A stretch of 24,617 nucleotides of DNA from Candidatus Methanomethylicia archaeon. GTDB taxonomy: Archaea; Thermoproteota; Methanomethylicia; Nezhaarchaeales; B40-G2. Each line of letters opens with the position of its first letter. Position 1 is the stretch's first letter. Location of the stretch: positions 1 to 24,617 of the forward strand of contig JAPDJI010000035.1 in the NCBI GenBank assembly GCA_029259155.1, given 5' to 3'. Made by a program: the position numbers and the translations under genes. This document shows, one piece after another, positions 9,168-17,233 of the stretch. The notes beneath the pieces were generated by a model. That model made no database searches and was not told the DNA's origin. It saw only the letters and a list, made by a program, of their open reading frames with translations.

Positions 9168-10001
9168 TTAAGGTGATGCACGCTTATTTAGTAGCTTCGA
9201 ACGTAAATGAAGTATAGCCTCCAACACTCCTCCTCCCACAGCTCTAGCCCTGTCTGAGATCATGTAGCAGTACTCTCTCAACCCTGTCGGGTCGATTTCA
9301 ACTATTTTTTGTCCACGTCTAACTTTAATCCCCTCGTGTAACAGCCCTCTAATGACGCCTTTAATCATGCACCTTATGGGCTCCTCGCCTACTTTGGCTA
9401 TTAAGGAGCCTTCCTCCACATAGTCCCCTATTTCCTTAATAGGTCTAAACTCGCCGTCTGTAGGAGCTCTCAGTACTCTTTCATGCGTTAAGCCTTCAAT
9501 TTCCTCAGGAACACCTGTACTAGCCTCGGCCTCTCCCTCATAGATTACTCTTCCTAGGCTTATTCCTCTCCTAGTCTCGATGACTGCGTGAACATCTTTT
9601 TCGGCCTTAAACCCGGGGCCTAGGCCTATGACTATGGGGGCGTCGCTAATCATAGTACCTAGGTTCCTCCTAGCCATAATGGCGTCGACCACTACGTCGG
9701 GCTTAGCCCAGGATATGAAGCTCCATGCTTCATCAACTAGAACAGGTATTATTTTCAGCTTAAGAGCCTCTAGTGCCTCATGGTAGTCTTCAACCCTCCT
9801 AGCTTCTATGCCCTCAACCACGACTGACCTTGAGTATACGGCCTCCGCGAATGAAGCCAACCTGCGAAGCACAGTGGGTTGATGCTTTTCAAGGATCACC
9901 ACCTTTAGACCCGCCATGAATAGCCTGTGCGCTACACCCGTGCCTAAATCCCCTCCTCCTTTTACCACCACGAGCATTTCTGTAACTTCATCTAGCGCCA
10001 T
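9168..10001 (-). CDS. yqeB: Selenium-dependent molybdenum hydroxylase system protein YqeB (short, EF2563-type)
   Basis: VVKGGGDLGTGVAHRL, RR..SFAEAVY, VVVDAIMARRN, IGLGPGF, VIETRRG..LGRVI, ERVLRAP, lipoyl-like domain and ISDRARAVGGGVLEA. Likely start is ATG 10001, overlapping the mocA end (ORF track extends to 10028). Confidence 0.9.
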   Translation of the reverse strand: MALDEVTEMLVVVKGGGDLGTGVAHRLFMAGLKVVILEKHQPTVLRRLASFAEAVYSRSVVVEGIEARRVEDYHEALEALKLKIIPVLVDEAWSFISWAKPDVVVDAIMARRNLGTMISDAPIVIGLGPGFKAEKDVHAVIETRRGISLGRVIYEGEAEASTGVPEEIEGLTHERVLRAPTDGEFRPIKEIGDYVEEGSLIAKVGEEPIRCMIKGVIRGLLHEGIKVRRGQKIVEIDPTGLREYCYMISDRARAVGGGVLEAILHLRSKLLNKRASP

Positions 10002-10602
10002 GTCCAGCTCTCTCCACGTACCTAGCATAATCCTCGAAGGTGTCTATATCTATTAAAACTTCCTTGGAATGTACCTCAACTAACTTAACCTCGTTGCTGT
10101 GAGCCCTCACCACCTTCCTCAATCCCATGGTTTCCTCGTTTATCTCCTTTACCTCATCGAAGAGAGATCTGTCGATGAGGATGGGGTGTCCGCGTTTACC
10201 TTGAAAGGAAGCTATAAGTATTGGTCCGCCTGACACCTGATATTCCTTAATGAGGGCGTCTATGGGCCTTGAAGTCATTAAGGCGTAGTCGCCCGGCAGG
10301 ATAATCACCGCCTCAGCGGCATCATCTACTGCATGAAGCCCAGCTTTAATAGAAGAACTCATGCCTTCCTCGTAGCGCTCGTTGTATACAAGCTGAAGCT
10401 TACCTGTATCATCTAGTCCTCGAAGAACCTCCCTAACCCTGTCGGCCTCATGTCCAAGAACCACCACGACTTTATCGGCCATAGAATGCAACGCCTCCTT
10501 CGCGACCCTCCTTATCATAGCCTCTCCGTCCACTAAAGCCAATAGCTTATTCTTGGCAAACCTAGTTGATTTACCTGCAGCTAGCACTATTATCGCTATC
10601 AA
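9988..10602 (-). CDS. mocA: Molybdenum cofactor cytidylyltransferase (MocA/YgfJ-like NTP transferase)
   Basis: IVLAAGKSTRF..NKLL, GMSSSIKAGL, LPGD, GKRGHPIL and DIDT motifs; context of an MCD-requiring Xdh-family enzyme. Confidence 0.88.
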   Translation of the reverse strand: MIAIIVLAAGKSTRFAKNKLLALVDGEAMIRRVAKEALHSMADKVVVVLGHEADRVREVLRGLDDTGKLQLVYNERYEEGMSSSIKAGLHAVDDAAEAVIILPGDYALMTSRPIDALIKEYQVSGGPILIASFQGKRGHPILIDRSLFDEVKEINEETMGLRKVVRAHSNEVKLVEVHSKEVLIDIDTFEDYARYVERAGHGAR

Positions 10603-10634
10603 CGCTCCGTCATCGTTGAGAACTTAACTCAAGG

Positions 10635-10646
10635 TTTATATATTAA
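10635..10646. promoter_or_regulatory. Putative bidirectional TATA box between mocA and tfx
   Basis: TTTATATATTAA lies in a 62-nt divergent intergenic region and starts 30 nt before the tfx ATG (leaderless geometry). An adjacent TTGAG-N7-CTCAA inverted repeat is at 10616-10632. Confidence 0.55.
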
Positions 10647-10664
10647 GCTCTCCGGTCATTATCG

Positions 10665-11087
10665 ATGCCTAAACGCTACGGCTTCTTAACTGAACTTCAA
10701 CTAAAGGTTTTAACGCTTAAGTTGAAGAATGGGCTGACTCAAGAGGAGATAGCCAAGCTCTTAAACACGACGAGGGAGAACATAGCTATCATCGAGAGGA
10801 GGGCTAAGCGTAACGTGCAGTTAGCCATGGAGACCGTGATGTATTACAATAGGCTTAGGGCCATCGCTGAGGTCGAAGTTAAGCCTGGTACACACCTAGT
10901 CGAGATACCTAAGCTGATAATTGATGCTGGGGATAAGTTGAACGTGAAGTTGAAGGTCAATTTTACCAAGGTGTACGACGAGATAAAATTCAGGGCAAGG
11001 GGATGTGTCGAAGGGGTCAGGGTTGTTAAACCTTTTGTCATCGCTATTTATAGAGATGGTGAAATAGAGATCATGCCGAAGAAGTAA
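10665..11087 (+). CDS. tfx: Tfx-family DNA-binding transcriptional regulator
   Basis: FLTELQLKVL...GLTQEEIAKLLNTTRENIAIIERRAKRN (sigma-70 region 4-like HTH) followed by the Tfx C-terminal domain (V.PGTHL.EIP..I...GD...VKL). Confidence 0.88.
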   Translation: MPKRYGFLTELQLKVLTLKLKNGLTQEEIAKLLNTTRENIAIIERRAKRNVQLAMETVMYYNRLRAIAEVEVKPGTHLVEIPKLIIDAGDKLNVKLKVNFTKVYDEIKFRARGCVEGVRVVKPFVIAIYRDGEIEIMPKK

Positions 11088-11136
11088 ACATAGTTGTTTA
11101 ACAAAAATTTATAAATTTGTTATCGAACCTGTTTAC
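11084..11136 (+). promoter_or_regulatory. BRE-TATA promoter of the ABC operon flanked by TAAACA/TGTTTA repeats (candidate operator)
   Basis: TAAACA-N4-TGTTTA at 11085-11100, CAAAAA-TTTATAAA at 11102-11115, and a further TGTTTAC at 11130-11136. Confidence 0.6.
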
Positions 11137-11146
11137 GGAGCTACTG

Positions 11147-12094
11147 ATGAGAATTTCGCTCAATTATGTATTATTGATGTTAATTGCGTTAACAGTAGTT
11201 TTGATCCCATCAATCTTCACTATAACTCACTCTAGTGAAGAAGATAACCTACGCATGGCTGTGGAGTTTAACGATCATTCAGCAGCTGCTTGGGTGGCTA
11301 TTGATAAGGGAATATTCGAGGAGCTTGGGCTGAATGTCACCTACCTCGAAACGTTTAGGACAGGACTTGAGCTCAGCGCTGCTATGATGAGGGACGACGT
11401 CGACGTTGCATGGGCCTGCTTGGGCCCTGTAATCATGGCTTACAGCAACGGTTTACCCATAAAGGTGGTTGCGGGCACACACCTACAGGGGTATGCCATC
11501 GTTGCGAGGAGCGAGTTTGAGGAGCCTAGCCAATTAGATGGCGGTGTTCTTGCATGTCCTGGTAAAGGTAGCCCCTGCTACCTATTATTGAAGTTATTCG
11601 TCGAGAGACATGGATTAAACTACACCTTAATGTATCTTAGGCCTGACCTCGCAGTCAATGCTCTGATCACAGGTCAGATCGATGCTGCCGCACTACCTGA
11701 ACACTACGTAACCTTAGCTGTAAGAAGGGGGGAGTGCAGGGTGCTAGCTCAAAGTCAGGATCTATGGCCTAACATGCCTGGGAGCGTCTTAGTTGTAAGA
11801 GAAGACCTTATCGAGGAGAAACCAGAGCTAGTATCAAAGTTAGTTCAAGCTACAATTAAGGCCACATGCCTCATAGAAGATGATTTTGAGGGTTCAGCTA
11901 GCGTCGTAGCTTCCCGCTTAGGGTTAACGTTAGATGAAGCCTTAGAGTCCATGAGCCACCTTGAATACGACGTGAAGGTTGATCTAGCTGAGTATCAGAA
12001 ATACATAGATTTAATGGCTCAGTATGGATGCATACCTCAAAGCTTCAACGCCTCTAACCTCGTCGACCTGAGCTTTCTAGGTGAATCAAGTTGA
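11147..12094 (+). CDS. ABC transporter substrate-binding protein, NitT/TauT/SsuA-like
   Basis: N-terminal hydrophobic anchor; VAIDKGIFEELGLNV, DVDVAW, GQIDAAALPE and VLVVREDLIEEKPELV motifs. ATG 11147 (GGAG upstream) is preferred over TTG 11117, which lies right next to the TATA box. Confidence 0.88.
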   Translation: MRISLNYVLLMLIALTVVLIPSIFTITHSSEEDNLRMAVEFNDHSAAAWVAIDKGIFEELGLNVTYLETFRTGLELSAAMMRDDVDVAWACLGPVIMAYSNGLPIKVVAGTHLQGYAIVARSEFEEPSQLDGGVLACPGKGSPCYLLLKLFVERHGLNYTLMYLRPDLAVNALITGQIDAAALPEHYVTLAVRRGECRVLAQSQDLWPNMPGSVLVVREDLIEEKPELVSKLVQATIKATCLIEDDFEGSASVVASRLGLTLDEALESMSHLEYDVKVDLAEYQKYIDLMAQYGCIPQSFNASNLVDLSFLGESS

Positions 12095-12837
12095 GAGTTA
12101 AGGCTCTAATAGTTCTCTTTGCGGCTTTAACCATGTGGGAGATGGCTATAAGATTCGGTTTTCTCTCCGGCTTCCTCTTCCCATCGATGGTTGACGTGGC
12201 CTATTCTCTCAATAAGTTAATCGTCTCAGGGATCCTAGTAAACCATTACCTGGCTTCGCTAATAAGGGTCCTTGTTGGCTTCACCCTAGGGTCAATCGCT
12301 GGGGTAGCTGTAGGAGTAGCGATGGGATATAGTAGAGTGGTCTACGACTCCACTTTCCTTATACTGACTCTCCTCTATTCCATCCCTGCGGTTGCCTGGA
12401 TACCTTTACTCATAGTTTGGATAGGGCTTAGGGAGCTTTTACCCATAGCCGTGGTCTTCCTATGCTCCTTCGTCCCACTCGTCTTCATCACCCTCACAGG
12501 TGTTAGGGGAGTGGACAGGAACGTGATCAACGTGGCTAAGACTTTGGGGGCTTGTAGGTGGAAGCTAGTGACATCTATCATAATTCCTCAAGCCTTGCCC
12601 TCAATACTATCCGGGTTAAAGGTGGAGATTGGGATGGCTTGGAGGTCGTGCTTCGTGGCTGAGATGGTGGCTATGTCTTCAGGCTTAGGCTTCCTGGCCA
12701 TGGAGGCCAGCAGCATGTTGAGAGTCGATGTAATAATAGTGACGGTCACGGTCTTAGCTGCCTCGAATTACCTTTTCCAAGAGCTCTTTGAGAGGCTTGA
12801 GCTTATGATCACTAAAAGGAGAGGGGATGTTGCCTAA
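12091..12837 (+). CDS. ABC transporter permease, TauC/SsuC-like
   Basis: FPS...ASLIRVLVGF, IPAVAWIPL, EAA-like loop NVAKTLGA, IIPQALPSILSGL and AEMVAMSSGLG; TTGA overlap with the upstream gene. Confidence 0.9.
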   Translation: MRVKALIVLFAALTMWEMAIRFGFLSGFLFPSMVDVAYSLNKLIVSGILVNHYLASLIRVLVGFTLGSIAGVAVGVAMGYSRVVYDSTFLILTLLYSIPAVAWIPLLIVWIGLRELLPIAVVFLCSFVPLVFITLTGVRGVDRNVINVAKTLGACRWKLVTSIIIPQALPSILSGLKVEIGMAWRSCFVAEMVAMSSGLGFLAMEASSMLRVDVIIVTVTVLAASNYLFQELFERLELMITKRRGDVA

Positions 12838-13843
12838 CGTAGAGCTCGTGGAAGTGTGGAACTATGCGCTTAAAGGATTGAACTTTAAAGCTGAACACGG
12901 CTGCTTTACCTTCCTCCTTGGCCCTTCAGGTGCTGGCAAGACCACAGCCTTAAATGTCATGGCAGGCTTGGTTGACTATGAAGGCTCCGTGCTCTTTGAC
13001 GGTAGCCCCGTCGATAAAATTCCTCCTGACAAGAGATGTGTTGGCCTAGTTCCTCAAAACTTAGCACTTTTCTCCCACATGACTGTGGAGGATAACATAG
13101 CTTATGGCTTAAAGCTGAGAAAGCTGCCTAAGAGCGTGGTTAAGGAAAAGGTATTGGAGCTCGCTAAGCTCCTCGACCTTAAACACCTGCTCCACCGTTA
13201 TCCAGGTGCTCTAAGCGGTGGTGAGAGGCAGCGAGTAGCTATTGCTAGGGCTCTAGCCATTAACCCGAGGGTCCTGCTCCTCGATGAACCCTTTAACAAC
13301 CTCGACGCGGCGTCAAGAGAAGTGTTAAAGCTATGGCTAGTCAGCCTACAGAAGGCTCTTAAATTAACGACGATCCTCGTCACCCATGAGGTGAGCGAGC
13401 TTAAGGGGTTGAAAGGAAAAGCAGTAGTGTTGGTTAACGGTAAAGCCGTCGAGGAGGGTCCTCTAGAAAACATCGCGTCTTCACCTCTAGGCCAGAACCT
13501 CATAGGTTTAAACCTATTCAAGTGCGAGGTTTATGAAGCGCTGGGTAACGGTCTAATGAAGGCATCATGCGGTGGGCTTAACGTCGTTCATGAAGGAGGC
13601 CAAGCAAACTTTCTATATATTCCTCCAACAGAGGTGAAGGTCTCAAAGGACCCATTTAAGGGGTTAAACGCGTATCGCGGTGTTATCGTGGGTGTCGAGA
13701 GCCTAGGCTCGGCAATCAAGTTAAAAGTGGCTGTTGGCGACCATATCTTAAGCTCAATTCAAGCTAACTCCTCTGAGGCTCCTAGTCTTGGAGAGGAGGT
13801 ATATGTGAGACTACCTATGAAGTCGGTGAGGGCGTTACGTTGA
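12827..13843 (+). CDS. ABC transporter ATP-binding protein with C-terminal TOBE/OB-like extension
   Basis: GPSGAGKT, VPQ..ALF.HMTV.DNIAYG, LSGGERQR, LLLDEPF and VTHE motifs; about 110-aa beta-rich C-terminal extension. Confidence 0.92.
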   Translation: MLPNVELVEVWNYALKGLNFKAEHGCFTFLLGPSGAGKTTALNVMAGLVDYEGSVLFDGSPVDKIPPDKRCVGLVPQNLALFSHMTVEDNIAYGLKLRKLPKSVVKEKVLELAKLLDLKHLLHRYPGALSGGERQRVAIARALAINPRVLLLDEPFNNLDAASREVLKLWLVSLQKALKLTTILVTHEVSELKGLKGKAVVLVNGKAVEEGPLENIASSPLGQNLIGLNLFKCEVYEALGNGLMKASCGGLNVVHEGGQANFLYIPPTEVKVSKDPFKGLNAYRGVIVGVESLGSAIKLKVAVGDHILSSIQANSSEAPSLGEEVYVRLPMKSVRALR

Positions 13844-14586
13844 ACTGGCTTGACAGGTTGGCTGTAGAAGCCTTCGTTGAGAGGCTTAAGTTACATAGAT
13901 TGGAAGGCTTAGAGGCCAGGTTCATGGTGTTGGGGAAGGATGAAGTGAAGCTTCCTTCCAGCGAGTACTTCCTGATGAGGGGGAGGGAGGTAATAGAGCA
14001 CTGTGAGATCGAGGGGGGCTGTGGACAGGCTTTCACAAGCCATGCGAGAAACTGCGTCTTACCGTTCAGCGAAGTTCCGTTCTTAGACCTATCTTTAGAG
14101 GTTAACAGAGCTTTATTCTACTCAGCGCTCAACGCCTTACTGAACAGGCTGGGGGAGGTTAAAGGTACTCTTCACTGTAAGGGTGTAGAGGCTGAGGCTT
14201 GCGGTGACCTATTAGCTGCGGAGATACGTAAGAGGCTGAGGAAAGATGATGTTGTGCTACATATAGGTTATCAACCTGGCCACGTTAGGGCTTTAGCCAA
14301 GGCTTTTGACAGGCTACTCGTAACAGACATGGATCCCGCTAATATAGGCTCCGTTAAGTTCGGAGTTAAGGTGCTCAGTAGCTCAGAGAACGAGGAAGCT
14401 ATAAGGAGAGCTAGGCTGGTCCTGGTGACGGGTAGTGCAGTGGTGAATGGGACGCTCCACGAAATCATTAACTGGTGCGACCGCTATGCGGCAGAGTGTA
14501 TAATTTATGGCGTTACGGGTAAAGGAGTCGCCAAGCTCCTAAACCTGCCCATTTTCTGTCCATATGCTCGTGATCAAGGTGGGTAG
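13840..14586 (+). CDS. DUF364-like (Rossmann-like, putative metal-chelation) protein
   Basis: GQAFT, RALF.S.LNALL, IGYQPG, VTGSAVVNGT and YGVT motifs; several Cys/His pairs (HC...C, FCPY). Confidence 0.72.
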   Translation: MNWLDRLAVEAFVERLKLHRLEGLEARFMVLGKDEVKLPSSEYFLMRGREVIEHCEIEGGCGQAFTSHARNCVLPFSEVPFLDLSLEVNRALFYSALNALLNRLGEVKGTLHCKGVEAEACGDLLAAEIRKRLRKDDVVLHIGYQPGHVRALAKAFDRLLVTDMDPANIGSVKFGVKVLSSSENEEAIRRARLVLVTGSAVVNGTLHEIINWCDRYAAECIIYGVTGKGVAKLLNLPIFCPYARDQGG

Positions 14587-14588
14587 AG

Positions 14589-15104
14589 TTGGAAATGGAA
14601 ATAGTTCTCAAACCTATAGGTTTCATTAGGACTGGGCTAAGCGATGAAGAGGTAAAGGGAAGCTGGCCTGGCGGTGTAGAGGCTGAGATAGAGGTCTTAG
14701 AGGAGTTTAAGGATGCCTTAGAGGGTATCGATGGTTTTTCTCACCTCATCGTTATCTTTTACATGCATAAGGTCACGGAAGAGCAGCGCAGAGTACTCAA
14801 AGCAAGACATAAAAGGTTTATTCAGCGCTATGGCTTCAAGCTTGAGGAACTACCCTTAGTTGGGGTTTTCTGTCTAGACTCGCCTCATAGACCTAATCCC
14901 ATAGGCTTAACGATCGTTGAGCTCATTGAAAGGCGAGGTAGAGTGTTGAAGGTTAAAGGCATGGACGCCTTCGATGGCACCCCAGTCTTAGACATTAAAC
15001 CGTACACACCGAGCAGATGCAAGGTTGACCTAAGGTTTCCGACATGGTACACCAGGTTAATGGAGGAGCTCAAACGTAGAGGTGTAGAGACCGATGAATT
15101 TTAA
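14589..15104 (+). CDS. TrmO/TsaA (YaeB/AF0241, UPF0066)-family SAM-binding beta-barrel protein, single-domain
   Basis: LKPIGFI, F.DALEGIDGFSHLIVIFYMH, GVF...SPHRPNPIGLTIVEL and D.FDGTPVLDIKPY motifs; start TTG 14589 or ATG 14595. Confidence 0.88.
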   Translation: MEMEIVLKPIGFIRTGLSDEEVKGSWPGGVEAEIEVLEEFKDALEGIDGFSHLIVIFYMHKVTEEQRRVLKARHKRFIQRYGFKLEELPLVGVFCLDSPHRPNPIGLTIVELIERRGRVLKVKGMDAFDGTPVLDIKPYTPSRCKVDLRFPTWYTRLMEELKRRGVETDEF

Positions 15105-16326
15105 GCAGCTTAAAGGATCTCTTAGGGTTAAACTTCTTGACTATGTAGAGCTCGAGGAGGTCTATGAAAGGCTGAAGCTTAACGTTAAGCCTTTAGGAGA
15201 GGTAGAGGAGGTAGATGTTCTCGAGGCTTGCGGTAGATACTTAGCCGAGGATGTAGCTGCTCCTTTCGACTCTCCTCTCTTTGACACGGCTCACTTCGAC
15301 GGCTTTGCAGTAAGAAGCTCAGATACTCGAGGCGCCTCGCTTAGTGCACCTGTATTCTTGAAGCTTACTGGTGACGGTAGGTTGGGGGTGGGTGAGGCCT
15401 GCTATGTGCCAACAGGTAGACCTCTTCCAGAGGGCTCAGACGCTTTGATTGAGCTAGAGAAGGTTGAGGTGCTTGAAGACACCGTGGTCATCCGCAGCGA
15501 GGTGAAACCTTGGTTAAACGTTACGAGAAGGGCTTCAGACTTTAAGAAACAGGAGGTGGTGTTTTGTAGTGGTAGAAGGCTTAGGCCGCTGGATGTTAAG
15601 GCTCTTCATGTCTTCGGTCTGAGAAAAATTAAGGTTCATAGGAAGCCCACTATCCTTATCGTTCCCACGGGGACTGAGCTCGTTGAGGATCGTAGGGAAG
15701 ATACCCATAGTCCGCTTGTAAAGCAGGTTTTACTTAAAGCTGGCTTTAAGGCCTTAATTGCTCGTCCCGTTAGGGATGACGTGAACGAGATCGCCGCCAC
15801 GGTGATTAAAGGCCTCGAACGATGCGACGCTGTATTTACGGTCGGTGGGGCTTCAGTGGGGCTTTACGACCATGTGTGGGAGGCGGCCATGAGCATTGGA
15901 GGTAAGCCCTTGGTTAGAGGAATTAAGATGGTTCCTGGCAGGGTGACAAGCTGCGTGGCTGTCGATGGAAAGCCCCTCGTCCTCCTTCCAGGCCATGTTC
16001 AGTCTCTGATCGTCGGCTTGTCCTTCATAGGTATACCAGCGGTGGGCGTGAGTATGATGGGTGTTCCATTAGAACCTAAGCCTACTGGTAAAGTCAAGCT
16101 GACCAGGAGCCTTAGCTTTGGAAGATTCAAGGACTTCAAGAAGGTAATCTTCGTTAAACTGGCTTGGGGAAACGATGTACTCGCTGAGCCGTTAGAGGGG
16201 GATAGTTCTAAGCTAAGCCCCTTAGTGAGAGGAGACGGCTTCACGGTGGTGGAGAAGGGCGTGGAAGCACTGGACACTGGCTCCCTTATTGACCTGTACC
16301 GACCTTACGAGCTCTATGGAGGCTAA
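15094..16326 (+). CDS. moeA: Molybdopterin molybdotransferase MoeA-family protein (divergent)
   Basis: GRYLAEDV.AP.DSP.FD.AHFDGFAV, TG.PLPEG.DA, TG.EL, GG.SVG..D and LPG motifs; 410 aa. Confidence 0.88.
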   Translation: MNFKQLKGSLRVKLLDYVELEEVYERLKLNVKPLGEVEEVDVLEACGRYLAEDVAAPFDSPLFDTAHFDGFAVRSSDTRGASLSAPVFLKLTGDGRLGVGEACYVPTGRPLPEGSDALIELEKVEVLEDTVVIRSEVKPWLNVTRRASDFKKQEVVFCSGRRLRPLDVKALHVFGLRKIKVHRKPTILIVPTGTELVEDRREDTHSPLVKQVLLKAGFKALIARPVRDDVNEIAATVIKGLERCDAVFTVGGASVGLYDHVWEAAMSIGGKPLVRGIKMVPGRVTSCVAVDGKPLVLLPGHVQSLIVGLSFIGIPAVGVSMMGVPLEPKPTGKVKLTRSLSFGRFKDFKKVIFVKLAWGNDVLAEPLEGDSSKLSPLVRGDGFTVVEKGVEALDTGSLIDLYRPYELYGG

Positions 16327-17117
16327 GGTTTAAGTAAACTTAAATGAGGTAGCTTAGCTCCTTTTCGAAGCCCTATTATCTCAGCCATGATGCTTAAAGC
16401 TACCTCCTCAGGCGTATCAGCCCCTAGATCTATGCCTACCGGTGCATAAAGTCTACCCCTAAGATGCTCTAAGTTGAAGCCCTCGCTGCCTAGACGTTCA
16501 AGTAGGAGCTTTGTCTTTCTCTTGCTACCCAATAACCCGATGTAGCTTGGCTCTTGTTTAAGCGCAACCCTTAAAGCTTCATAGTCTCTTTCAGGGTCTC
16601 CGTAAGCTATCACTATGTAATCCGACCTCCCTACCTTAACCTCCCTTAAAGCTTCACTTGGTGGTTTAGCTAGGACGCCAGGCTCTTCAGCAGCCTCGTC
16701 CACTAATATTGCCTCAAACCTTAGCTCCCTGGCGAGCCTAGCTAGCGCTATGCCTACATGACCTACGCCCATGATTACGAGCCTAGGCTTAGGAGTTAAG
16801 ACGTCGATGAAGACTTCAGCTGCACCTCCACATGGAAGTCCAGTGTCTACGCCTTCACCGAAACCAAAGCTATACCTAACGAGCTTGCTAGCCCCTTTCT
16901 TCAACGCCTCTAAGGCCTCCTCCTTAACTAGCTCCTCGAACTTTCCTCCCCCTATTGTCCCCTCCACCTCGCCGTCTTCGGTCACGAGCATCTTAGCTCC
17001 TTCGTCTCTAGGGGCGGAGCCCTCCTTCTTAACCACGATACAGAGAGCCACCTTTTTGCCGCTTGATAAGGCCTCTAAGGCCCTCGATAGTATACGCTCA
17101 ACCATCACCACCACCAT
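16323..17117 (-). CDS. xdhC: XdhC/CoxI-family Moco maturation/insertion factor
   Basis: GSAPRDEGAKM, GTIGGG, GLPCGG, GVGHVG, YIGLLGSKRK and YAPVGIDLGADTPEEVALSIMAEI motifs; alternative start ATG 17105 after GGTGGTGGTG. Confidence 0.93.
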   Translation of the reverse strand: MVVVMVERILSRALEALSSGKKVALCIVVKKEGSAPRDEGAKMLVTEDGEVEGTIGGGKFEELVKEEALEALKKGASKLVRYSFGFGEGVDTGLPCGGAAEVFIDVLTPKPRLVIMGVGHVGIALARLARELRFEAILVDEAAEEPGVLAKPPSEALREVKVGRSDYIVIAYGDPERDYEALRVALKQEPSYIGLLGSKRKTKLLLERLGSEGFNLEHLRGRLYAPVGIDLGADTPEEVALSIMAEIIGLRKGAKLPHLSLLKP

Positions 17118-17166
17118 ATTAATTGAACAGCAACCTACTCAACCGTGGCTCCTACAAGCTAATAAG

Positions 17167-17198
17167 ATTATATATTTTTCAATAGAAAGTTTTTTAAT
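17167..17198. promoter_or_regulatory. Back-to-back BRE-TATA promoters for xdhC (-) and the Mo-hydroxylase operon (+)
   Basis: Minus strand GAAAAA-TATATAAT (17180 to 17167); plus strand GAAAG-TTTTTTAAT (17185-17198). Confidence 0.55.
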
Positions 17199-17233
17199 TG
17201 ATATTGTAGCAAGGCTTGGTTGGATTGATTAGA

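Noticed and set aside
16323-16326. Overlapping stop codons of convergent genes (also 20972-20975)
   Set aside because: Common in compact archaeal genomes and not evidence of a special mechanism.
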